Of a DNA stretch of 64,000 bases, positions 53,201 to 64,000 are shown piece by piece. Each line of letters starts with the position of its first letter. The first letter of the stretch is position 1. The stretch is from positions 3,410,001 through 3,474,000 of the forward strand of contig NC_087436.1 in the NCBI RefSeq assembly GCF_036321535.1. The letters are read 5' to 3'. The DNA is from Camelus dromedarius. Taxonomy: Eukaryota. The position numbers and the translations under genes were made by a program. The notes under the pieces were generated by a model. The model was given only the letters and a program-made list of their open reading frames with translations. It was not told the origin of the DNA and ran no database searches.

Positions 53201-56200
53201 ATTTAGCACAAAGGGAACGGGTTGCAGGAGAAACTTTTACTCTGGATTCTCAGTCTGTTTCCTAGTGCCGGGTTTAAGTTCCTGCAGTTTTCGCTGTAAA
53301 ACAGAGTTGGAGCTAGTAACTCCCCAAATATATGTATGGATTTGAGTTTGCAACTGAAAAGAAACTTTGTGTTCCCAGCAAGATAGTTGAAGGACGGCTT
53401 TCACACACACTTATCTCTCAGAACTGAGCATGTGGAGAGACGTTCGTTCATCTAGCACAATGAGAACGGGTTGCAGGAAAAACTATTAATCTGGTTACTC
53501 AGTCTGTTTCCTAGTGCCGGTTTAAATTTCCTGCAGTTTTCACTGTAAAACCGAGTTGGAGCTTGTACCTCCCCATATATATGTAAGGAGTGGAGTTTGA
53601 AAGTGAAAAGAAACTTTGTGTTCCCAACAATCTAGGTGAAGGACGGCTTTCACTCCCACTTATCTCTCAGGACTGAGCATGTGGAGAGACGTTCGTTCAT
53701 CTAGCAAAAAGGGAACGGTTTGCAGGAGAAAGTTTTCTCTGTTTTCTCAGTCTGTTTCCTAGTGCCGGTTTGAAGTTCCTGCAGTTTTTACTGTAAACCC
53801 GATTTGGAGCTTTTACCTCCCCATATATATGTATGGATTGGAGTTTGCAACTGAAAAGAAACTTGTGTTCCCAACAAGCTAGATGAAGGACGGCTTTCAC
53901 ACACACATATCTCTCAGAACTGTGCATGTGGAGAGACGTTCGTTCATCTAGCAAAAAGGGAACGGTTTCAGGAAAAACTTTTACGCTGGTTTCTCAGTCT
54001 GTTTCCTAGTGCCGGTTTAAAGTTCCTGCAGTTTTCACTGTAAAATCGAGTTGGAGCTAGTACCTCCCCATATATATGTATGGAGTGGGGTTTGCAAATG
54101 AAAAGAAACTTTGTGTTCCCAACAAGCTAGGTGAAGGACGGCTTTTACACACACTTAACTCTCAGAACTGAGCATGTGCAGAGACGTTCTTCCATCTAGC
54201 AGAAAGGGAACGGTTTGCAGGAGAAACTTTTACTTTGTTTTCTCAGTCTGTTTCCTAGTGCCGGTTTGAAGTTCCTGCAGTTTTCACTGTAAAACAGTGT
54301 TGGAGCTAGTACCTCCCCATATATATGTATGGAGATGAGTTTGCAACTGAAAAGAAACTTTGTGTTCCCAAAAAGCTAGGTGAAGGACAGCTTTCAAACA
54401 CACTTATCTCTCAGAACTGAGCATGTGGAGAGACGTTCGTTCATCTAGCAATAAGGGAACGGTTTGCAGGGGAAACTTTTCTATGGTTTCTCAGTCTGTT
54501 TCCTAGTGCCGGTTAGAAATTCCTGCAGTTTTCAATGTAAACCCGAGTTGGAGCTTGTACCTCCCCATATATATGTATGGATTGGAGTTTGCAACTGAAA
54601 AGAAACTTGTGTTCCCAACAAGCAAGGTGAAGGACGGCTTTCACACACACTTATCTTTCAGAACTGAGAATGTGGAGAGACGCTCGTTCATCTAGCATAA
54701 AGGAACGGGTTTCAGGAGAAACTTTTACTCTGGTTTCTCAGTCTGTTTCCTAGTGCCGGTTTAAAGTTCCTGCAGTTTTCACTGTAAAACCGTGTTGGAG
54801 AGAGTACCTCCCCATATATATGTATGGAGTTGAGTTTTCAACTGAAAAGAAACTTTGTGTTCACAACAAGCTTTGTGAAGGACTGCTTTCACACACACTT
54901 ATCTCTCAGATCTGAGCATGTGGAGAGACGTTCGTTCATCTAGCACAAAGGGAACGGGCTGCAGGAGAAAATTTTACTCTGGATTCTCAGTCTGTTTCCT
55001 ACTGCCGGTTTGAAGTTCCTGCAGTTTTCACTGTAAAACCGAGTTGGAGCTAGTACTTCTTCATATTTATGTATGGAGTGGAGTTTGCAACTGAAAAGAA
55101 ACTTTGTGTTCCCAACAAGCTAGGTGAAGTGCGGCTTTCACACACACTTGTCTCTCAGAAATGAGCATGTGGAGAGACGTTCATTCATCTTGCACAAAGG
55201 GAATGGGTTGCAGGAGAAAATTTCACTCTGGATTCTCAGTCTGTTTCCTAGGGCCGGTTTGATGTTCCTGCATTTTTCACTGTAAAATCGAGTTGGAGCT
55301 AGTATCTCCCCATACATATATATGGAGTGGAATTTGCAACTGAAAAGAAACTTTGTGTTCCCAACAAGCTAGTTGAAGGACGGCTTTCACACACATTTAT
55401 CTCTCAGAACTGAGCATGTGGAGAGACGTTCGTTCATCTAGCAAAAAATGGAACGAGTTGCAGGAGAAACATTTACTCTTGTTTCTCAGTCTGTTTCCTA
55501 GTGCCGATTTGAAGTTCCTGCAGTTTTCACAGTAAAACCGAGTTGAAGCTTGTACCTCCCCATATATATGTATGGAGTGGAGTTTGCAACTTAAAGAAAC
55601 TTTGTGTTCCCAACAAGCTAGGTGAAAAACGGCTTTCACACACATTTATCTCTCAGAACTGAGCATGTGGAGAGAAGTTTGTTCATCTAGCACAATGGGA
55701 ACGGGTTGCAGGAGAAACTTTTACTCTGGTTTCTCAGTCTGTTTCCTACTGCCGGTTTGAAGTTCCTGTACTTTTCACTGTAAATCCGAGTTTGAGTTTT
55801 ACCTCCCCATATATATGTATGGAGTGGAGTTTGCAAATGAAAAGAAACTTTGTGTTCCCAACAATCTAGGTGAAGGACGGCTTTCACACACATTTATCTC
55901 TCAGAACTGAGCATGTGGAGAGACGTTCGTTCATCTAGCACAAAGGGAACGGGTTGCTTTAGAAACATTTACTCTGGTTTCTCAGTCTGTTTCCTAGTGC
56001 CGGTTTGAAGTTCCTGCCGTTTTCACAGTAATACCGAGTTGGAGCTAAGACCTCCCCATATATATGTATGGAATGGAGTTTGCAACTGAAAAGAAAATTT
56101 GTGTTCCCAACAAGCTAGGTGAAGGACGGCTTTCACACACACTTATCTCTCAGAACTGAGCATGTGGAGAAACTTTCGTTCATTTAGCACAAAGGGAATG

Positions 56201-59200
56201 GGTTGCAGGAGAAACTTTTTCTCTGGTTTCTCAGACTGTTTCCTAGTGCCGGGTTGAAGTTCCTGCAGTTTTCACTGTAAAACCAAGTTGGAGCTAGTAC
56301 CTCCCCATATATATGTATGGGGTGGAGTTTGAAACTGAAAAGAAACTTTGTGTTCCCAACAACCTAGGTGAAGGACGGCTTTCACACACACTTATATTTC
56401 AGAACTGAGCATGTGGAGAGACTTTCGTTCATCTAGCACAAAGGGAACATGTTGCAGGAGAAATTTTTACTCTGGATTCTCAGTTTGTTTCCTAGGGCCG
56501 GTTTGAAGTTCCTGCAGTTTTAACAGCAATACCGAGTTGGAGCTTATACCTCCCCATATATATGTATGGATCGGTGTTTGCAACTGAAAAGAAACTTTGT
56601 GTTCCCAACAAGCTAGGTGAAGGACTGCTTTCACACACACTTATCTCTCAGAACTGAGCATGTGGAGAGACGTTCGTTCATCTAGCAAAAAGGGAACGGT
56701 TTGCAGGAGAAAGTTTTCTCTGGTTTCTCAGTCTGTTTCCTAGTGCCGGTTTGAAGTTCCTGCAGTTTTTACTGTAAACCCGATTTGGAGCTTTTACCTC
56801 CCCATATATATGTATGGATTGGAGTTTGCAACTGAAAAGAAACTTGTGTTCCCAACAAGCTAGATGAAGGACGGCTTTCACACACACATAACTCTCAGAA
56901 CTGTGCATGTGGAGAGACGTTCGTTCATCTAGCAAAAAGGGAACGGTTTTCAGGAAAAACTTTTACTCTGGTTTCACAGTCTGTTTCCTAGTGCCGGTTT
57001 AAAGTTCCTGCAGTTTTCACTGTAAAATCGAGTTGGAGCTAGTACCTCCCCATATATATGTATGGAGTGGGGTTTGCAAATGAAAAGAAACTTTGTGTTC
57101 CCAACAAGATAGGTGAAGGACGGCTTTTACACACACTTAACTCTCAGAACTGAGCATGTGCAGAGACGTTCTTCCATCTAGCAGAAAGGGAACGGTTTGC
57201 AGGAGAAACTTTTACTTTGTTTTCTCAGTCTGTTTCCTAGTGCCGGTTTGAAGTTCCTGCAGTTTTCACTGTAAAACAGTGTTTTAGCTAGTACCTCCCC
57301 ATATATATGTATGGAGTTGATTTTGCAACTGAAAAGAAACTTTGTGTTCCCAAAAAGCTAGGTGAAGGACGGCTTTCAAACACACTTATCTCTCAGAACT
57401 GAGCATGTGGAGAGACGTTCGTTCATCTAGCAAAAAGAACGGGTTTCAGGAGAAACTTTTACTCTGGTTTCTCAGTCTGTTTCCTAGGGCCGGTTTAAAG
57501 TTCCTGCAGTTTTCACTGTAAAACCGTGTTGGAGAGAGTACCTCCCCATATATATGTATGGAGTTGAGTTTTCAACTGAAAAGAAACTTTGTGTTCACAA
57601 CAAGCTAGGTGAAGGACGGCTTTCACACACATTTATCTCTCAGATCTGAGCATGTGGAGAGACGTTCGTTCATCTAGCACAAAGGGAACGGGTTGCAGGA
57701 GAAAATTTTACTCTGGATTCTCAGTCTGTTTCCTAGTGCCGGTTTGAAGTTCCTGCAGTGTTTACTGTAAACCCGATTTGGAGCTTTTACCTCCCCATAT
57801 ATATGTATGGATTGGAGTTTGCAACTGAAAAGAAACTTGTGTTCCCAACAAGCTAGATGAAGGACGGCTTTCACACACACATATCTCTCAGAACTGTGCA
57901 TGTGGAGAGACGTTCGTTCATCTAGCAAAAAGGGAACGGTTTTCAGGAAAAACTTTTACTCTGGTTTCTCAGTCTGTTTCCTAGTGCCGGTTTAATGTTC
58001 CTGCAGTTTTCACTGTAAAATCGAGTTGGAGCTAATACCTCCCCATATATATGTATGGAGTGGGGTTTGCAAATGAAAAGAAACTTTGTGTTCCCAACAA
58101 GCTAGGTGAAGGACGGCTTTTACACACACTTAACTCTCAGAACAGAGCATGTGCAGAGACGTTCTTACATCTAGCAGAAAGGGAACGGTTTGCAGGACAA
58201 ACTTTTACTTTGTTTTCTCAGTCTGTTTCCTAGTGCCGGTTTGAAGTTCCTGCAGTTTTCACTGTAAAACAGTGTTGGAGCTAGTACCTCCCCATATATA
58301 TGTATGGAGTTGAGTTTGCAACTGAAAAGAAACTTTGTGTTCCCAAAAAGCTAGGTGAAGGACGGCTTTCAAACACACTTATCTCTCAGACTGAGCATGT
58401 GGAGAGACGTTCATTCATCTTGCACAAAGGAATGGGTTGCAGGAGAAACTTTCACTCTGGATTCTCAGTCTGTTTCCTAGGGCCGGTTTGATGTTCCTGC
58501 ATTTTTCACTGTAAAATCGAGTTGGAGCTAGTATCTCCCCATACATATATATGGAGTGGAATTTGTAACTGAAAAGAAACTTTGTGTTCCCAACAAGCTA
58601 GTTGAAGGACGGCTTTCACACACATTTATCTCTCAGAACTGAGCATGTGGAGAGACGTTCGTTCATCTAGCAAAAAATGGAACGAGTTGCAGCAGAAACT
58701 TTTACTCTTGTTTCTCAGTCTGTTTCCTAGTGCCGATTTGAAGTTCCTGCAGTTTTCACAGTAAAACCGAGTTGAAGCTTGTACCTCCCCATATATATGT
58801 ATTTAGTGGAGTTTGCAACTTAAAGAAACTTTGTGTTCCCAACAAGCTAGGTGAAAAACGGCTTTCACACACATTTATCTCTCAGAACTGAGCATGTGGA
58901 GAGAAGTTCGTTCATCTAGCACAATGGGAACGGGTTGCAGGAGAAACTTTTACTGTGGTTTCTCAGTCTGTTTCCTACTGCCGGTTTGAAGTTCCTGTAC
59001 TTTTCACTGTAAAACCGAGTTTGAGTTTTACCTCCCCATATATATGTATGGAGTGGAGTTTGCAACTGAAAAGAAACTTTGTGTTCCCAACAATCTAGGT
59101 GAAGGACGGCTTTCACACACATTTATCTCTCAGAACTGAGCATGTGGAAAGACGTTCGTTCATCTAGCACAAAGGGAACGGGTTGCTTTAGAAACATTTA

Positions 59201-62200
59201 CTCTGGATTCTCAGTCGGTTTCCTAGTGCCGGTTTGAATTTCCTGCAGTTTTTACTGTAAACCCGATTTGGAGCTTTTACCTCCCCATATATATGTATGG
59301 ATTGGAGTTTGCAACTGAAAAGAAACTTGTGTTCCCAACAAGCTAGATGAAGGACGGCTTTCACACACACATATCTCTCAGAACTGTGCATGTGGAGAGA
59401 CGTTCGTTCATCTAGCAAAAAGGGAACGGTTTTCAGGAAAAACTTTTACTCTGGTTTCTCAGTCTGTTTCCTAGTGCCGGTTTAAAGTTCCTGCAGTTTT
59501 CACTGTAAAATCGAGTTGGAGCTAGTACCTCCCCATATATATGTATGGAGTGGGGTTTGCAAATGAAAAGAAACTTTGTGTTCCCAACAAGCTAGGTGAA
59601 GGACGGCTTTTACACACACTTAACTCTCAGAACTGAGCATGTGCAGAGACGTTCTTCCATCTAGCAGAAAGGGAACGGTTTGCAGGAGAAACTTTTACTT
59701 TGTTTTCTCAGTCTGTTTCCTAGTGCCGGTTTGAAGTTCCTGCAGTTTTCACTGTAAAACAGTGTTGGAGCTGGTACCTCCCCATATATATGTATGGAGT
59801 TGAGTTTGCAACTGAAAAGAAACTTTGTGTTCCCAAAAAGCTAGGTGAAGGACGGCTTTCAAACACACTTATCTCTCAGAACTGAGCATGTGGAGAGACG
59901 TTCGTTCATCTAGCAATAAGGGAACGGTTTGCAGGTGAAACCTTTCTATGGTTTCTCAGTCTGTTTCCTAGTGCCGGTTAGAAATTCCTGCAGTTTTCAA
60001 TGTAAACCCGAGTTGGAGCTTGTACCTCCCCATATATATGTATGGATTGGATTTTGCAACTGAAAAGAAACTTGTGTTCCCAACAAGCAAGGTGAAGGAC
60101 GGCTTTCACACACACTTATCTTTCAGAACTGAGCATGTGGAGAGACGTTCGTTCATCTAGCAAAAAGAACGGGTTTCAGGAGAAACTTTTACTCTGGTTT
60201 CTCAGTCTGTTTCCTAGTGCCGGTTTAAAGTTCCTGCAGTTTTCACTGTAAAACCGTGTTGGAGAGAGTACCTCCCCATATATATGTATGGAGTTGAGTT
60301 TTCAACTGAAAAGAAACTTTGTGTTCACAACAAGCTAGGTGAAGGACGGCTTTCACACATATTTATCTCTCAGATCTGAGCATGTGGAGAGACGTTCGTT
60401 CATCTAGCACAAAGGGAACGGGTTGCAGGAGAAAATTTTACTCTGGATTCTCAGTCTGTTTCCTACTGCCGGTTTGAAGTTCCTGCAGTTTTCACTGTAA
60501 AACCGAGATGGAGCTAGTATTTCTCCATATTTATGTATGGAGTGGAGTTTGCAACTGAAAAGAAACTTTGTGTTCCCAACAAGCTAGGTGAAGTGCGGCT
60601 TTCACACACACTTGTCTCTCAGAAATGAGCATGTGGAGAGACGTTCATTCATCTTGCACAAAGGGAATGGGTTGCAGGAGAAACTTTCACTCTGGATTCT
60701 CAGTCTGTTTCCTAGGGCCGGTTTGATGTTCCTGCATTTTTCACTGTAAAATCGAGTTGGAGCTAGTATCTCCCCATATATATATATGGAGTGGAATTTG
60801 CAACTGAAAAGAAACTTTGTGTTCCCAACAAGCTAGGTGAAGGACGGCTTTCACACACATTTATCTCTCAGAACTGAGCATGTGGAGAACGTTCGTTCAT
60901 CTAGCAAAAAGGGAACGAGTTGCAGGAGAAACTTTTACTCTGGTTTCTCAGTCTGTTTCCTAGTGCCGATTTCAAGTTCCTGCAGTTTTCACAGTAAAAC
61001 CGAGTTGAAGCTTGTACCTCCCCATATATATGTATGGAGTGGAGTTTGCAACTTAAAGAAACTTTGTGTTCCCAACAAGCTAGGTGAAAAACGGCTTTCA
61101 CACACATTTATCTCTCAGAACTGAGTATGTGGAGAGAAGTTCGTTCATCTAGCACAATGGGAACGGGTTGCAGAGAGAAACTTTTACTCTGGTTTCTCAG
61201 TCTGTTTCCTACTGCCGGTTTGAAGTTCCTGTACTTTTCACTGTAAAACCGAGTTTGAGCTTTTACCTCCCCATATATATGTATGGAGTGGAGTTTGCAA
61301 CTGAAAAGAAACTTTGTGTTCCCAACAAGCTAGGTGAAGTGCGGCTTTCACACACACTTGTCTCTCAGAAATGAGCATGTGGAGAGACGTTCATTCATCT
61401 TGCACAAAGGGAATGGGTTGCAGGAGAAACTTTCACTCTGGATTCTCAGTCTGTTTCCTAGGGCCGGTTTGATGTTCCTGCATTTTTCACTGTAAAATCG
61501 AGTTGGAGATAGTATCTCCCCATATATATATATGGAGTGGAATTTGCAACTGAAAAGAAACTTTGTGTTCCCAACAAGCTAGGTGAAGGACGGCTTTCAC
61601 ACACATTTATCTCTCAGAACTGAGCATGTGGAGAACGTTCGTTCATCTAGCAAAAAGGGAACGAGTTGCAGGAGAAACTTTTACTCTGGTTTCTCAGTCT
61701 GTTTCCTAGTGCCGATTTCAAGTTCCTGCAGTTTTCACAGTAAAACCGAGTTGAAGCTTGTACCTCCCAATATATATGTATGGAGTGGAGTTTGCAACTT
61801 AAAGAAACTTTGTGTTCCCAACAAGCTAGGTGAAAAACGGCTTTCACACACATTTATCTCTCAGAACTGAGTATGTGGAGAGAAGTTCGTTCATCTAGCA
61901 CAATGGGAACGGGTTGCAGGAGAAACTTTTACTCTGGTTTCTCAGTCTGTTTCCTACTGCCGGTTTGAAGTTTCTGTACTTTTCACTGTAAAACCGAGTT
62001 TGAGCTTTTACCTCCCCATATATATGTATGGAGTGGAGTTTGCAACTGAAAAGAAACTTTGTGTTCCCAACAATCTAGGTGAAGAACGGCTTTCACACAC
62101 ATTTATCTCTCAGAACTGAGCATGTGGAGAGACGTTCGTTCATCTAGCACAAAGGGAACGGGTTGCTTTAGAAACATTTACTCTGGTTTCTCAGTCTGTT

Positions 62201-64000
62201 TCCTAGGGCCAGTTTGAAGTTCCTGCAGTTTTCACTGTAAAACCGAGTTGGAGCTAGTAAATCCCCATATATATGTATGGAGTGGAGTTTGCAACTGGAA
62301 AGAAAATTTGTGTTCCCAACAAGCTAGGTGAAGGACGGCTTTCACACACACTTATCTCTCAGAACTGAGCATGTGGAGAAACTTTCGTTCATCTAGCACA
62401 AAGGGAATGGGTTGCAGGAGAAACTTTTTCTCTGGTTTCTCAGACTGTTTCCTAGTGCCGGGTTGAAGTTCCTGCAGTTTTCACTGTAAAACCAAGTTGG
62501 AGCTAGTACCTCCCCATATATATGTATGGGGTGGAGTTTGAAACTGAAAAGAAACTTTGTGTTCCCAACAACCTAGGTGAAGGACGGCTTTCACACACAC
62601 TTATATTTCAGAACTGAGCATGTGGAGAGACTTTCGTTCATCTAGCACAAAGGGAACGTGTTGCAGGAGAAATTTTTACTCTGGATTCTCAGTCTGTTTC
62701 CTAGGGCCGGTTTGAAGTTCCTGCAGTTTTAACAGCAATACCGAGTTGGAGCTTATACCTCCCCATATATATGTAAGGATCGGTGTTTGCAACTGAAAAG
62801 AAACTTTGTGTTCCCAGCAAGCTAGGTGAAGGACTGCTTTCACACACACTTATCTCTCAGAACTGAGCATGTGGAGAGACGTTCGTTCATCTAGCAAAAA
62901 GGGAACGGTTTGCAGGAGAAAGTTTTCTCTGGTTTCTCAGTCTGTTTCCTAGTGCCGGTTTGAAGTTCCTGCAGTTTTTACTGTAAACCCGATTTGGAGC
63001 TTTTACCTCCCCATATATATGTATGGATTGGAGTTTGCAACTGAAAAGAAACTTGTGTTCCCAACAAGCTAGATGAAGGACGGCTTTCACACACACATAT
63101 CTCTCAGAACTGTGCATGTGGAGAGACGTTCGTTCATCTAGCAAAAAGGGAACGGTTTTCAGGAAAAACTTTTACTCTGGTTTCTCAGTCTGTTTCCTAG
63201 TGCCGGTTTAAAGTTCCTGCAGTTTTCACTGTAAAATCGAGTTGGAGCTAGTACCTCCCCATATATATGTATGGAGTGGGGTTTGCAAATGAAAAGAAAC
63301 TTTGTGTTCCCAACAAGCTAGGTGAAGGACGGCTTTTACACACACTTAACTCTCAGAACTGAGCATGTGCAGAGACGTTCTTCCATCTAGCAGAAAGGGA
63401 ACGGTTTGCAGGAGAAACTTTTACTTTGTTTTCTCAGTCTGTTTCCTAGTGCCGGTTTGAAGTTCCTGCAGTTTTCACTGTAAAACAGTGTTGGAGCTGG
63501 TACCTCCCCATATATATGTATGGAGTTGAGTTTGCAACTGAAAAGAAACTTTGTGTTCCCAAAAAGCTAGGTGAAGGACGGCTTTCAAACACACTTATCT
63601 CTCAGAACTGAGCATGTGGAGAGACGTTCGTTCATCTAGCAATAAGGGAACGGTTTGCAGGTGAAACCTTTCTATGGTTTCTCAGTCTGTTTCCTAGTGC
63701 CGGTTAGAAATTCCTGCAGTTTTCAATGTAAACCCGAGTTGGAGCTTGTACCTCCCCATATATATGTATGGATTGGATTTTGCAACTGAAAAGAAACTTG
63801 TGTTCCCAACAAGCAAGGTGAAGGACGGCTTTCACACACACTTATCTTTCAGAACTGAGCATGTGGAGAGACGTTCGTTCATCTAGCAAAAAGAACGGGT
63901 TTCAGGAGAAACTTTTACTCTGGTTTCTCAGTCTGTTTCCTAGTGCCGGTTTAAAGTTCCTGCAGTTTTCACTGTAAAACCGTGTTGGAGAGAGTACCTC
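47226..64000. repeat. Domain 3: 12-monomer HOR (~2981 bp) with truncated and extended variants
   Basis: Twelve monomer types recur in fixed order, with markers AAAACAGTGT, GCAATAAGGG, GAGAGAGTAC, CATATTTATG, CATCTTGCAC, GTTGAAGC, CCTGTACTTT, CACAGTAATAC, CCAAGTTGG, GGATCGGTG, GCTAGATGAA and TTAACTCTC. The ORF offset 53697->56678 is 2981. Confidence 0.9.
60532..62070. repeat. 3-monomer tandem duplication inside the 12-mer HOR (period 746 bp)
   Basis: ORF offsets 60837->61583 and 60901->61647 are both 746. Both copies share the private variants GGAGAACGTT (1-bp deletion), GATTTCAAG and CTGAGTATG. Confidence 0.9.

Larger units (their letters stand above)
1..64000. repeat. Tandem satellite DNA array, ~249 bp monomer, ~257 head-to-tail copies, open at both window ends
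   Basis: The AGACGTTCGTTCATCTAGC motif or a close variant recurs at 1, 249, 498 and onward through to ~63869. Offsets between near-identical ORFs are multiples of ~248-249 (746, 1493, 1742, 1991, 2981, 3486, 4482). No non-repeat sequence was seen. Confidence 0.99.

Noticed and set aside
15..63144. Numerous 60-95 aa ORFs on both strands, rich in Cys, His and Phe
   Set aside because: All are translations of the satellite monomer in several frames and on both strands. They open and close with single variants, stops recur in nearly every monomer although 249 is divisible by 3, and no protein domain is recognisable.
1..64000. CRISPR-like or cassette array
   Set aside because: The whole unit repeats. 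There are no unique spacers, leader or associated genes.
1..64000. Transposon insertion, strand inversion or telomeric repeats within the array
   Set aside because: None was seen. Monomer orientation and phase are continuous throughout.

Overview
The whole 64 kb window is one uninterrupted head-to-tail tandem satellite array of about 257 monomers of ~249 bp (mostly 247-250 bp). All monomers lie in the same orientation, and I see no gene, transposon, inversion or unique spacer. Consensus read by eye: AGACGTTCGTTCATCTAGCACAAAGGGAACGGGTTGCAGGAGAAACTTTTACTCTGGTTTCTCAGTCTGTTTCCTAGTGCCGGTTTGAAGTTCCTGCAGTTTTCACTGTAAAACCGAGTTGGAGCTWGTACCTCCCCATATATATGTATGGAGTGGAGTTTGCAACTGAAAAGAAACTTTGTGTTCCCAACAAGCTAGGTGAAGGACGGCTTTCACACACACTTATCTCTCAGAACTGAGCATGTGGAG. 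It resembles eukaryotic (peri)centromeric satellite DNA, but I cannot assign the species or a named family. All listed ORFs are repeat by-products, although their offsets are useful for measuring periodicity. The interesting structure is architectural. There are three domains: a 6-mer-based higher-order repeat (HOR) at 1-29.9 kb, an irregular and more diverged zone at 29.9-47.2 kb, and a 12-mer HOR at 47.2-64 kb. Nested in-phase duplications and deletions have breakpoints that can be mapped. The monomer contains a ~97 bp imperfect palindrome plus several short dyads and appears to be an ancient dimer of ~125 bp halves. I found no evidence of a protein-coding or CRISPR-like system.
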